Position numbers and translations under genes: made by a program
The notes under the pieces: model-generated
The model's input: only the letters and a program-made list of their open reading frames with translations
Told to the model about the DNA's origin: nothing
Databases searched by the model: none
Shown: positions 50,245-63,647 of the stretch, piece by piece
Layout of the letters: each line of letters opens with the position of its first letter
Numbering within the stretch: the stretch's first letter is position 1
Assembly (NCBI RefSeq): GCF_001194135.2
Contig: NC_068989.1
Location: 91,982,331 to 92,046,330 of the forward strand
Direction: 5' to 3'
DNA length: 64,000 nucleotides
Origin: Octopus bimaculoides
Lineage: Eukaryota

Positions 50245-50580
50245 GAAGGCGCATGGCTCAGTGGCTAGATCGTCGAGCTTACGATCGTGAGGTTGTGAGT
50301 TCGAATCGCGGACCGGGCTCCGTGTTGTGTTCTTGAGCAAGACACTTTATTTCACGTTTCTCCAGTTCACTCAGCTGTAGGAATGAGTTGCGACGTCACA
50401 GGTGCCAAGCTGTATCGGCCCCTTTGCCTTTCCCTTGGATGACATCGGTGGCGTGGAGAGGGGAGGCTGGTATGCATGGGCAACTGCTGGTCTTCCATAA
50501 ACAACCTTGCCCGGACTTGTGCCTGGCTGTGTGGCTTTCTTGGTGCAATCCTATGGTCAGTCATGACCGAAGGAGCTCTT
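50245..50580 (+). mobile_element. tRNA-derived SINE with a distinct body (family D), full length
   Basis: B-type head gaaggcgcatggctcagtgg...gagttcgaatc followed by a different body (gtgccaagctgtatcggcc...ggtcttccataaacaaccttgcccgg...catgaccgaagg). Confidence 0.8.
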
Positions 50581-50845
50581 AGCATATATATATATAGTAT
50601 AAAGTACGATTTGTTCGTGATCAGAAGCGTTCGTAAATCGAGGTACTTCTGTATTAAATGAATATGAGAAAGACAGGAGATAAAGTACGTTTTATTCGTG
50701 ATAGTTGTTCGAAAACCGACGTTCTACTGTATTTATTTCCTACGTACGTTTCACCGTTGCCGTTATTTGAAACTCAGAATTTGGATGCTCCAAGTTCATT
50801 TCAATGCTAAACCACAATAGATCACCAGGAAAACACGTTATAGCA

Positions 50846-50954
50846 TTCAATTAACGGGTTAATATCTGCTCAAGGACTCAATGTGTTGCCGGGAATTGAA
50901 TACCCGAACTTACGATCGTGACGGGAATGCCCAACCATTAAGTCACGCGCCTTC
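50846..50954 (-). mobile_element. SINE family B head
   Basis: gctcaaggactcaatgtgttgccgggaattgaa...cttacgatcgtgac...aagtcacgcgccttc. Confidence 0.7.
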
Positions 50955-50961
50955 ATACGCG

Positions 50962-51006
<45 letters not shown>

Positions 51007-51064
51007 NNNNNNNNNNNNNNNNNNNNNNNNNNNNNNNNNNNNNNNNNNNNNNNNNNNNNNNNNN

Positions 51065-51101
<37 letters not shown>

Positions 51102-52422
51102 GAGAGAGAGAGGGGAGAGTTACATACAGATATTGTATAGATCTTATGTACATATGCAAAATTCTGGAGGCAGAACTTCCAAATATCCCACCTTCAAATT
51201 CACGAGTCAAAACACTCACTTCTACAAGTCTGATAATTAAATTTCAACCACGTAACTAATGAAATCAGAAGTATAAAAGGGGCCTCTACTGGAACATTAA
51301 AAAAACATTGGATAAAATCCTAACGAAGACATCAGACCGGCCAACCATTCTAGGATACATTCAGGGAATATCAGCTGCTACAAACTCACTCATGAACCAC
51401 CTTCTGGCCATAAAGCGACAACAAAACCGATATTGAATAATTTGACGTGTTGTTCTAGCATGGTCGTAGCCCTACGAATGGAACCATTAAAGGAATCAAA
51501 GAATATAAAGATTACACACATTCATGCATGTATGTGTGTATGTACTGTCTTCGAAGCACTTTTATAGCATCTGTTATTTCTATTTTTACCAATCCTTGCT
51601 CCATTGTGAAGTAATCCACATCACACCAAAATGCGCAAACCCAGCTGGGCGTGCGTCACGCAATGAAAAACACTGTCTTAGATATTTTTACTACTTTTCG
51701 TTTTACAACTACTTTGGATCAGCCTTTTATTTTGTTTAACTATTTCTATTAGATTCTATTTCGCTCATTATTTCAAATTTTCGTACGTAACAGCAAATAT
51801 CATATAATACCTTCGTTACAGCAGAGATTCCTTCATTCACTGGTTCTTGTTAGATGCGATCTTTCCTCACGGCTTTTGGATTACAGATTCTAATTCCTCT
51901 TATAAGTTTCCTTGCTTTCCTAACTTGTCTTGTTAAGCCACTTAAATTACAACTGAGAATATTATAACTTTAAATTGTTAAGGGAACATCTTAGGTATTG
52001 ATACCTATTACCTCATTTTTAGCCTTTAATTCTGTTTAAATATTAATCTAATTCATCTAATTTATTCCTAAGCTCTTCTGTTATTCGTGTGTGTGTTGAA
52101 CTCTTTCCATCTTATTAATTTCTCAGTATTTCTAAGTGTTTCTCTCTTTGATCCAATTCCCTTATCACTGCATCTTTAGCTAACATGATATTACTGGTTT
52201 TATTGCATATCGCCTCTCAAATGACGTCTTCTTATAATACAAATGTGATGCTAATTTCAAGAGTTAATCCGTAAACCGTATGCAATGGTGTAATGTTCAG
52301 TCGTTTGTCATCTCCACCATAAATTTTCCTCTAGCACATACGTGAAATGTCATACATAAAAGCGCTTGCCTCATGTATGTATCTATCAACATATCTATCT
52401 ATTTATGAAGGTGTATACATAC

Positions 52423-52468
<46 letters not shown>

Positions 52469-52839
52469 GTGCACACAATTCTCTGGAGTTTCAGGGTCTA
52501 ACACGATAGTGTCTCTCATTTTCTAATTCTTCTACTTACTTGTCCTTGACTTCTTCATCACAGCAATCATGTTTCCACAATTGAACAACTGCTGCCATCA
52601 AACACCTCCTAACTTTGGGACAACGCCTCTTCTTATTAGCTATTAGCTATGATTTTGTTGACTAGTAACTAATCAAAGTGGAGGTTTGACACCTGCGCCT
52701 CTGTGGTTTGTCTGTTTTATTTGAGCCTGTTTATTTAAACAGCAATACTAAGCAAACGATAGTGGCAATTTGCTGTCACTATTTCCGAGGCAGATAGTTT
52801 AGCCCACTTAATCTGTATTTTAATATAAGAGTTTAATTA

Positions 52840-53056
52840 GGTGGCGAGCAGGCAGTATCGTTAGCACGCCGAGCGAAATACTTAGCGGTATTTTATCTGT
52901 CTTTACGTTCTGAGTTCAAATTCTGCAGAGGTTGACTTTGTCTTTCATCTTTTCGGGGTCGAATAATTGAGTACCAGTTGCGTACTGGGATCGATCTAAT
53001 TGACCTGTCCCCTCCCCTAAAATTTCGGGCCTTGCGCCTAGAGTAGAAAAGAATAC
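52840..53056 (+). mobile_element. SINE family E (CORE-like), full length and well preserved
   Basis: ggtggcgagcaggcagtatcgttagcacgccg...gagttcaaattc...ctttcatcttttcggggtcgaataattgagtaccag. Confidence 0.85.
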
Positions 53057-53066
53057 TATGTTGAGG

Positions 53067-53577
53067 AAGGAAAAGACCAGCGTAAGAAAGCGATGGAAAT
53101 GTGCTACAAAATGTGAAAAACCTGGCCTCGCGCTGTTGTACAACGATTTGAAAAGGAAATGCCGTTATGTGCAACGACATATCCGCTGATATGAGCGAAT
53201 AAAAGAAAGTAAAAGGACTCCTGAATAGTTTCTGAAGGACTCGTATGGAATTACTAAGAAGCTGTTCACTAAACCGAAGAGGGGCACTTTATCGTGCACA
53301 AAAGAAGAATTGGATGCTCAAATCAAAGAAACCTACAGCGATTCAAGCCGAAATCAGCCACTGCCACTTCTAAATGGGCTAAAGCATCTCTTAGAACCTG
53401 ATATCGAATTTCAAATTGGGGACATCAGGGAGAAAGAGGTGAATGATTTCGTGAGAAACGCTAGAGCAAAGATTGCCCCAGGAGGTGATGGCGTCTCGTA
53501 TAAAGTTTTCAAATATGGCAATCGTCTGCGAAAGAAGCTCTTTGTACTATTCCGATAGCTGTGGCACGAAGAGACTC
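53067..53577 (+). mobile_element. HERO-like (R2 group) non-LTR fragment, region upstream of the RT core
   Basis: VRKRWKCA...GLALLYNDL...FLKDSYGITKKLF...APGGDGVSYKVFKYGNRLRKKLFVL; inverted homolog of about 54495-54860. Confidence 0.8.
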
Positions 53578-53584
53578 TAGTAGG

Positions 53585-53860
53585 GGATAAGCATTCCTGG
53601 ACGTATTAATGACACGCACCAAGTATTGATTCAGGACATCCGTATACCACAATCCGACCTTCACTGGACGATACCTCAATTTCAATTCCCACCATCCATA
53701 CAGTGTAAAGAGAGAGATTGCTTAGTGTCTAAAACATCGAGCAAAGAATATAAGTAGCGATCGTGATACCCACCAAGAAGAAATGATCAAGCTAAGTAAC
53801 AACTACCCCAAAAACATAATATTCACTTCAATTATGAAGAAAAGAGATGATGAAACCGCA
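53585..53860 (+). mobile_element. Penelope-like RT C-terminal/thumb fragment
   Basis: AFLDVLMTRTKY*FRTSVYHNPTFTGRYLNFNSHHPYSVKREIA*CLKHRAKNISSD...NNYP. Confidence 0.85.
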
Positions 53861-53874
53861 TCCTTGACCTCCTC

Positions 53875-54865
53875 ACAAGTTCGTCTAGTCTCGAGAGGGC
53901 ACTCTGCATGATTTGCTTATCTGTAGATAGTGTCACGTCATCCATGAAGGCTTTCTTAGCCGATTGTACATGGGCTATTTGTTCCGAAAAATCCAAGGCT
54001 TTCCAATTAATCTCCATGACTAAGATAAACCACGTGACGGATATTGTACAGCCAGCAGCAATGCAAATCTCCAATCGGTGCCAATCTATTTTAAAATCTC
54101 CAGCTGTAAACCTCATCTCGAAACTGTCATAATACATCCTCGTTATTTTGGTTACTTTGTCTGGAATGGCTCTTATCAGTAATTCGTGTGGTACTGAGCC
54201 ATATGCATTAGCTAGGTCAAGCCATACCACATTCAGAATTCTCTTGTTCTGTATGGCATCCTGTATCGCTTTCCAAATCGAAAAACAGTGTTCAACGCAT
54301 CCAGGGATCCCGGGGATTCCGGCGTTCTGAACAGACTCATCAACGTACCCGTTATTCTGTAAATACGTCACTGTTCTTCTCGAAAGAAATCCCATAAAGT
54401 TCTTGCCTTCTGCATTCAATAAGGATATCGGCCTAAACTGTTTTATAGTCTCTGCATTGGCCTCCTTCGACAAGTATATGCCTTCTGCCTTACACCACTC
54501 CTCTCTTTGCGCCACAGCTGTCGGAGTAGTACAAAGAGCTTCTTTCGCAGACGATTGCCATAATTGTAAACTTTATACGAGACGCCATCCCCTCTTAGCT
54601 TTTCTCGCGAAATCATCCACCTCCTTCTCCCTGATGTCCCCAATTTGAAATTCGATATCCGGTTCTAAGAGTTGCTTTAGCCCATATAGACGTGGCAGTG
54701 GCTGGGTACGGTGCGGATCGTTGTAGGTTCCTTTGATATGATCATCCAATTCTTTCGTACACGATAAAGTGTCACTCTTCGGATCAGTGATCAGCTTCTT
54801 AATAAACCTGTACGGGTACATCAGAAACTACCCCCGAGTCCTTTTTCTTTCCTTTCGTCGCTACT
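53875..54865 (-). mobile_element. HERO-like (R2 group) non-LTR reverse transcriptase fragment
   Basis: AEGIYLSKE...QFRPISLLNAEGK...VQNAGIPGIPGCVEH...VVWLDLANAYGSVPH...IAAGCTISV...KAFMDDVT. Confidence 0.85.
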
Positions 54866-55424
54866 CATCTAGTTTTATATGAATCCACTGGTGTCATTAT
54901 ATTCAAGCCAGGTGGTATTAGCCTTCAGTCGTTGCATTTGAGTCTCTCACATATTCTAAATATTATTATTCTTATTATCACAATTAACTATTGCCAATCT
55001 GTATATTACTTTTTACTTTTAACTATCGATATATGCAAACACCTTTTAGTACTTTTTCAGTTACCATTTTGCCCTGAAACAGTAATTCTAGCTGCACAAC
55101 AATCACTTCCACAAATGCTACACACTCTCATAGATATAGTTTATTTATTTTTTTGGTTAAACAGATTTATAATATTTTCACCTTTTTTCTGTTATTATTA
55201 ATATTATTTTTATTTATCTGTCATTATTCTTATTATTATTATTATTATTATTGCTTCTAACGTTTTTTTTTTCAAGTTTATATTAACACCGATTAATATA
55301 ATTAATATATTATACATTATATTCAATATTTTACTTATAAAACTTATAAAGTTTATACATATACGTATGTCATATATTATACATATTGTACACAGGTTTA
55401 TAGATGTAAATATGTGTGTGCACG

Positions 55425-55480
<56 letters not shown>

Positions 55481-56721
55481 AAAATATTCTTTTATAGGAG
55501 ATTTTAATACATATGAATTACTTCTCGCATCTGTATTATATTTATTTTTTCGCACCTATCACTCTATAATAATAAAAATACTTTTCCTCACATTCACTTT
55601 CACCACTACGTTATACAAGTTAGAAAATTATTTACAAAATTATCACTACGTTTTCCACCTTTTTCATCTATAACTAGATTCTCAATACATATTGTAATTT
55701 CTTTAAAATCTAACATAGATTTTAAACTAATAATAAATCATTTTCCCCATTATATTAACCTAATAATTATTCCCTCATAATCCTAAGTCTTTTGTCATTT
55801 GAATTTCAAGTAACTTATATAAAATTATATAAACTATTCGTATTTCTTATTGATGGATTTTTTAAAACAATTTCTTTTTAATATACACCATAATTCATTT
55901 TCATTGTTTTCATTATGTACCACTCATAACTGTCAAATCATATGTAATTATAGCTATGCTGTCCCATTGGACGCTTATTTATTTACACACACACACACAC
56001 ACACATATATATTATAGTTTACTTATGCTTTATATGGAATGTATATCACTATATTTCTTATCTTTATACAGAGAGAATGTTTCTTAAACATTTTTCACTT
56101 ATATTTCCAAATGTCCGTTAGTCGCATCAGTTATAGTTCATACACAACTAGACTCAACACTACCTTAACATGTTTTTATCTTTCATCTTTCATAATCATA
56201 TTATGAATATCCGAACATGTTATATGACACTCACTCCATTTAATCTTCTGTAAGAACATAATATTCTTCTGATGTATTCTCTTTGATGTATTCGTCTTTC
56301 ACACTGAGGAGAACAGTAATATATAATTAATTTAATTATAATTAAATTAATTTCTAATCTTTTCCATGTTTTTTAGATGTTACTATTACTAATCGAAACG
56401 ATCGTATGCATGGATTAAAATTTTATAAAACACTTAACACCTCTTCTCCATCTTTGATTGTTTCTTGAGTTTCTATAGAATACGTGTTCGATAAATGCTC
56501 ATAACATACCTTATACTTGTAACATTTNNNNNNNNNNNNNNNNNNNNNNNNNNNNNNNNNNNNNNNNNNNNNNNNNNNNNNNNNNNNNNNNNNNNNNNNN
56601 NNNNNNNNNNNNNNNNNNNNNNNNNNNNNNNNNNNNNNNNNNNNNNNNNNNNNNNNNNNNNNNNNNNNNNNNNNNNNNNNNNNNNNNNNNNNNNNNNNNN
56701 NNNNNNNNNNNNNNNNNNNNN

Positions 56722-56761
<40 letters not shown>

Positions 56762-58991
56762 TATGTGTGCTTCTGTACGTGTAATGTATGAATATGTGCC
56801 TTTATATATAGTCTAATCTTTGAACAAATAAGCGATGTCTGCACTAAGCATATTTGAGTGGAATTACATATATATCATGATTTAAATATCCGTGTGTAAA
56901 GGAGCATTCCACATCGTCAGATATTGAATTAGTGGGGATATTACCTCTAGGAGAAATGTAAACTCTCGTCGCTTCTCATGAATCTTTCTTGAGATACTTG
57001 CAGAAGGAAGGATAATTCTTTGCATCATTTGCAATATTCTTCAGTCACTTGGGTAGCAGTTCTTTCGTTGTGATGATGGCGTCAGAAAAACATGGACCAC
57101 TGAGTTCCACTGAGATTTCATGATTCCTATGTCCCCCATCCACGCCCTAATATTTCTCCATTTACTTCCTTTCGTCTATATCCACGCCAATGTCGTATAA
57201 GCTAGATTAACAATGTTATTTAGATTTCTCTTTTGGGGTCTACGAGCAATGGGGTTTGTATATTTCTATATTCTCATCAATCTATGGATTAATCCCACAA
57301 TATCCTATAATTATCTACTCACCATGGTAAACACTAGTAAGTACCCATCGGACGACTCAGTCCTGTTTGTGTGTATGCTCTTTTCATGAAAGCATACTGC
57401 ACTGGCTTAAAAAGCTTCTCAATACCCTCATCTCAATTTCCACTATTGTTGGGTTTACTTTTTGGATGAAATATATCAATACTTAATTTTTTCAAATTCT
57501 TTCAAAAGGTTTCTAACTGATTTTCTAGATGTTTCGATCCAGTTCTTATATTTCAGCCACAGCCAGCATTCTTCACTTTCGGCATCATTTATTTGGTGCA
57601 TCAAATTAGCCAAATGGTTCCAGCTATTTGTTCTCACGATGACATCACTTTTTGGTTCTTGAGATCATTCACTGTTTTCCTTCACTATTACTAACTTCTT
57701 CTTTTTCTTTGTCTTCTTTTTCCTTTTCTTTCCTTTTCTTCTTCATCTTCTTCCTCTTCTCTTCTTTCACATTATTATTATTATTATTATTATTATCACC
57801 GCCACCACCACCGTGATTATTATCATCCTTACTGATATCATAATTTCCATGTTAGACATGTCTTCATCTTCATATTATTGTCCATATTTTAATTATATTT
57901 GTCCTTTCTTTTTTACTGTTATCCTTAACGTCATTAATACTGTTGTATAATTTATTTATTTCTTTTCTTTTATTATATTCTAATTAGTTATTACACCTGT
58001 CGTTATTGTTGTTATAATTTTCATTTCAAACCGTTTCGTTAACTGGGAATAATTTTGCAGGTTTCGCAACAATTTTCAAAAAATCTTTTCTGCAACGATT
58101 ACCTTATAGTTTCAGATTTCCGATCTATCTGTTTCTATAAAACTCTCTTCATTTTTCTCCCGTTTCCTGCTAATTAGGACTGAATCCTTCAAATTGCTAT
58201 TTTCACCTTATTTTCGTTGTTGTCATAGTTATATTGATTGCAGAATTCTTTAGATATTTATTCTTTTAGAAATTTTATTTAAAATTCTGTTATTCTGCTT
58301 CTAGTGATTCGTGATTTCAACAATATTTTTTGCATTTCTAGTTTCATTTCGTTTCTTCTATTTTAAATTCTTCGCTGTGGCCATAAATGGCATAATCAAA
58401 TGTGCTATACTTGCATATTCAATTTCTATCTTCTACTACTACTACTGCTGCTGCTGCTGCTACTACTACTACCACAACCACCACCACCACCATCATCATC
58501 ATTATCAACATCATCGCCGCCGTGGTCGTTGTAGTCATCATTATCATTTTCTAAGTCGTCTTCAACGTAATCATCGTCTTGGTTACCTGCGCTCTCGTGT
58601 GTGCATATACATCTATAAATATACAAGCATTCATATATACATGCAAAACTAAATGCGCACACATACATACATACATACTCACACCCAAACAAACACTCGC
58701 ACACGTACATACATAAATAAACATGCGTTTATGTAGAACTGCATATACGCATGTATGTATGTATATATGTATATATGAATACACGCAATGAGGTGTTTAG
58801 GCATTCCATTTATTGAAAAGAGGAGCCCAACATATTCACGAGAAGCAACAATGGCTGAGGAAATCTGATAAGAGATTCTAATCGAGGCACAATGAAGTTT
58901 AAGTTGTTGAATAGAAGAATTAGTTATAGAGACACAAAGCGGAGTGGGGGCAAAGGATAAGAATATAAACAGACAAAGGATAACATAAGTC

Positions 58992-59016
<25 letters not shown>

Positions 59017-59022
<6 letters not shown>

Positions 59023-59815
59023 TAAAAGGGTAAAGGTTTATTAATTTATTAATAAATCAACAATTAATAATTTTTACCAAGCCCTTCGGTATGTAAACAC
59101 CATTATCGGTGGAGAACTTATTTAAAAGTTCTTATACATTTATATACATAATTAAGGGATCAGCAAACATTTGCTTCATCACATACCGAAGTTTAGAAAT
59201 AGCAGCTAAAAAAGCTGAGACTCCAACAGATAGCATTACTTGTAACTCACAAAGGCAAAAACAAGAAGAAAAACAATGAAAACTAACCATTCGAAGTTAA
59301 TCATAGACGCGTTTCTGGATTATGAGCGATAATACTCAATTTCCTTCATCGGTATGATATTCTAGTAGTAAATTTGACTATGCTAGCAAGCTGTGCATGC
59401 ATGAACGGGTGAACATCATGCATCGGCACAACCGAACCTACATCGGCCAGCCAGTCCACTATTTCCTCCTCAAGAAATTACCATGTGCGTTACAAGCAAT
59501 ACCGCAGAAAATTTGCGGTTTACTATCAGGGAGTGAATAATTATTACAATTAAAAGGGTAAAGGTCTATCAATTTATTAATTTATTAATAAATTAACAAT
59601 TAATAATTTTGACCAAGCGCTTCGGTATGTAAACACCATTATCGGTGGAGAACTTATTTAAAAGTTCTTATACATTTATAAACATAATTAAGGGATCAGC
59701 AAACATTTGCTTCACCACATACCGAAGTTCAGAAATAGCAGCTAAAAAAGCTGAGACTCCTGAACTTCGCAATGTGGTGAAGCAAATGTTTGCTGATCCC
59801 TTAATTATGTTTATA
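59017..59815 (-). mobile_element. Penelope-like terminal-repeat cluster: two ~210-bp direct repeats plus a 55-bp inverted tail
   Basis: 59017-59224 repeated at 59545-59760; 59761-59815 is the reverse complement of 59677-59731; hammerhead fold in the spacer. PLE origin is inferred. Confidence 0.6.
59300..59358 (-). ncRNA. Degenerate minimal type I hammerhead fold
   Basis: AUCAUA-CCGAUGA-A-GG...GAG...CUC...CC-A-GAAAC-GC-GUC-UAUGAU: perfect 6-bp stem I, palindromic ACGCGU, imperfect stem II. Confidence 0.5.
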
Positions 59816-59829
59816 TATATACACACTCA

Positions 59830-60344
59830 CAAGGGTGAGTGAAAAAGTAATGCCATTTTGTTTAGGACAGGTATAATTACCAACATAGGAACATGTATCA
59901 TACATCAAAATTAAGCTTATTATGAGTTTATTGTTTTGACTTTTGGCAGGAAATCGACCAGAATGACACCTTGAGCATCCCAAGAGACAGTCACCACGAT
60001 TTTTCCAGCTGACTTTTGCGTCTTGATCTTTTTTGGTGGTGGTGACGTAGAGTGACGCCGTTCCATTGACTGCCTCTTTGATTCCGGTTCATAATGATGA
60101 ACCCATGTTTCATCACCTGCTACGAGCCTTCAAAAGATGTTGTTGTCTCTTTGACTTTGTAGTGAAGAAGTGGCTCAAAGAACAGTCAACAGGATTTTAC
60201 GGGGCAGGGATACATGATGACTATGTTGAGAAGTAGGGATGTGATCCACAGAGGACCAGTTTCATTTTGATGTATGGTACATGCTCGTGTGTTGGTAATT
60301 ATACCTGTCATAAACAAAATGGCATTACCTTTTAGCTCACCCTC

Positions 60345-60345
<1 letters not shown>
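59830..60345. mobile_element. Non-autonomous mariner (DD34D-type) with about 80-bp TIRs
   Basis: TIR c(a/g)agggtgag...aaagtaatgccattttgttta; minus strand RLVAGDETWVHHYEPESKRQSME...SAGKIVVTVSWDAQGVILVDFLPK; plus strand VKKWLKEQSTGFYGAGI...DYVEK*; TA at the right end. Confidence 0.9.
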
Positions 60346-60399
<54 letters not shown>

Positions 60400-60427
60400 C
60401 ACACATATATACACACACACATATATA

Positions 60428-60458
<31 letters not shown>

Positions 60459-60479
60459 CAATACGATACGTGTCAGATT

Positions 60480-60720
60480 CTCAATAACATTGCCCTACCT
60501 GAATTGTTAGCCACAAGTGAGACGTGGGTTACTGAGAATATCGATTAGCTGCTACAGAAAGGGTCATGGAAAGATCCCCATTCTAGGAATATCATTACGA
60601 GAGCTTATCGGTATGAGATAATTCGAGAACGGAGCGCAATTCGAGATCAGATCGCAGAGTACTGAAAGCTGAACCACACAATGGCTTGACGCGCATTGGT
60701 CGGAAAATAGGCCGACCATG
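60480..60720 (+). mobile_element. RTE-clade LINE C-terminal fragment
   Basis: LNNIALPELLATSETWVY*EYRLAATERVMERS / ILGISLREL / EIIRERSAIRDQIAEY. Confidence 0.75.
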
Positions 60721-60941
60721 TAAAACTAAAGTGTTCTTATGGGGGTGTCTGCCCGGTCATCTACATATTCTGTCTCAAATCCCCCACACTTTCAACACCT
60801 CTTATAAAGTGTTTTAAAGTTAAAGACTTGTAAAGTCCAATATATTCTTTTGTAGTCTTATACCATCTTATAAATATTTATTTCGAAATAAAATACTTAC
60901 TGTGGAGAGAGTTATTGAACACCCTGTATATATGTGTTTGT

Positions 60942-60980
<39 letters not shown>

Positions 60981-61643
60981 ATAATAACAATAGCCCTTGA
61001 ATGGTATTTATGAACATTTAATGCATCGATACGCGCGTTTCCACAAATCAGATATCTCTTAAGATTATAGTCCGTATTCCTGTGATGATTAGAGCGTAGT
61101 CCATAGTATCTGGGCATTGGGTAGACCTTCTCCATGGATTCGTTTCTTCAGACGATATAACATTAATGGATGTTTAACAGAGGGATGTTTATCCCTTTTA
61201 ATCAGTGTGAAGATCAACCTTAGCGCTGGTGAAAAGGGATTAACAGCTCTGTAGTCAAAGGGAATAAACTGGTCAAAAGGGTTAAATATCGGCAGTTACA
61301 ATTTTACAAATAACGGCCATTACAATGTTCAGCTTCACATTTCCGCTTTCAGAATATCCCTCACGTCTTCACTGCAGCTTTCCAGAATTTTTTTTCGTTT
61401 TTGTTTTTTTTCACTCGCCCGTTCCTTCGTAAATGCGTGTATGCTTGCTGATTGATTTGAAGCAGACGACACGAGAGAAAATAATCTATTTTACTTATTG
61501 AACCATTTTTGTGCTTCCAATTTGCTGACATAGATCGACATTAGCTTATTTAGACTCTCATGTTGCACAAAGATGGCCAGTTCATCACTAAATAAATGCG
61601 ACATTTCACTATACATACATACGTTTATGGTCTTTACATTTTC

Positions 61644-61686
<43 letters not shown>

Positions 61687-61918
61687 TGCGTGCACGTGAC
61701 GTGTGTGTGCGTGTGTGTGAGTATGTGTGTGTATTTATGTGTTTTTTTCTAAACTGATGCCTGCATATATACATGATTATGCGTATATGCATGGATATAT
61801 ACATACATAAATACATCTATATGTATATGTCAATATCTTTTGTGTATGTATAAACATATATGTGTGCGTGTATATATATATATATATATTTCCATATTAT
61901 AATATATACATACATACA

Positions 61919-61949
<31 letters not shown>

Positions 61950-62120
61950 TGCATATATATATGTATATATTATGTGTATTTCATATACATATACACAGAG
62001 CCATGCGGACATAAACACGTATTTGTGCATGTGTGTGATTGAGTGTGTGTGTGCATATACGCATGAGTGTGTATTTGTTTGCTTCTCTATGCTTGTCTGT
62101 TTGTACATCCATACATATCC

Positions 62121-62181
<61 letters not shown>

Positions 62182-62598
62182 TATTCATGTTCCTCATATC
62201 TATGCATGCATTTTGCAAACATCCACACTTCACAAATACGCACAGCATATTACATCAGATCAATTCGCAAGACATCACACTTATGGTAATAGCCACACAT
62301 TGTAATGCTAAGTCCTTTCCGAAGCGATAATAGCCCGAAATATGTTATGAAAGAGATAACATTAACGCCAATAGATTGGTCCACAGCTTGTTTAGTATGA
62401 ATAGACTGCATTGTAAACGAAAGGGACAATACCTTAAGCGAGAATTATATTATCATAAATTTTCCTTTCCTTACACGTGACTGAGTATATAAGGGTTAAT
62501 ATTGTTCTGTGTTTGCAATCGTGGATCTCACCCTCTCCTTCTCTGTCTCTCTCTGGCTTTGATTCTCTCTCTCTCTCTCTCTCTGTATGTATATATGG

Positions 62599-62660
<62 letters not shown>

Positions 62661-62834
62661 TGTGTGTACGTTTGTATAAAGTTCTATTACGTATATATGT
62701 TATAAGCAACAGTTTGTGCTACAATGCTTGCATTACAATCAACTGATGCAGATATACATACACATACATACACATACATACGCATACACAATCTTGTTTT
62801 CTTATGAATATGTAAGTGTGTGTGTGTATGTATA

Positions 62835-62912
<78 letters not shown>

Positions 62913-63496
62913 CATACATGCATAAATGCACACGCACATACTTGTATGTGTTGAGCGGGTACATGTGTCATGCGTGTATAAGTGTATACATTTGGATGTA
63001 TATGTGTGTATTTGCATGTGTGGCGGGGAGGGCTACCATGCCAGTTAATTGAAAGGGCTGCAAGTATCGTATCGCCATCTGTTGGTCAGAAATCCTAATT
63101 GATTGATGTTTCCAATTCATCTGTAGAAGCGTAAGGGAAAGAGATAAAAACATAGGGAAAGAAAGCCAGATTGAGAGAGAGAGAGATGGAGACAGACAAA
63201 GAGAGACACATAGAGAAAGAAAGAGCCAATACGATATAGTGTGATATGATGATAAAAGGTTTGCATACAGAAGCGACTTGTGAATCACTGAGGCATTTAA
63301 CAAGAACGTAAGCTTTATGCTAGCCGAGCCTACATATTAGGATAGAGAGGGAATATTTCTCCTTCCGTATTGCTTGGTCCTGTATTGTATGTTATGTCAT
63401 TTCTTGATATATGTATCATTTGTCTAAGCAAGTTAATGTTGTAGACATCCAAAAATGTACCTTGTTTGTAAACACATCAAAAAGGATCACTTTCCA

Positions 63497-63645
63497 GATA
63501 CCGGATTGGCTGTGTGTGGCAAGAAGCTTGAATTTCAGTCACATGGCTTCAGGTTCTGACCTACTACGTGGCAACTTGGGAAAGTGTATTCGACTTTTGA
63601 GTGAACTTCGCAGACGGAGACTGAAAGAAACGCGTCGTGTATATA
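63497..63645 (+). mobile_element. Degraded SINE family A 5' part
   Basis: ggctgtgtgtggcaagaagcttg...gcagacggagactgaaagaaacgcgtcgtgtata. Confidence 0.65.
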
Positions 63646-63647
63646 TA

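Noticed and set aside
58426-58570. His/Asp/Gly-rich protein segments (also 48238-48483)
   Set aside because: Degenerate trinucleotide microsatellites (CAT, CAC, TAC, TGC).
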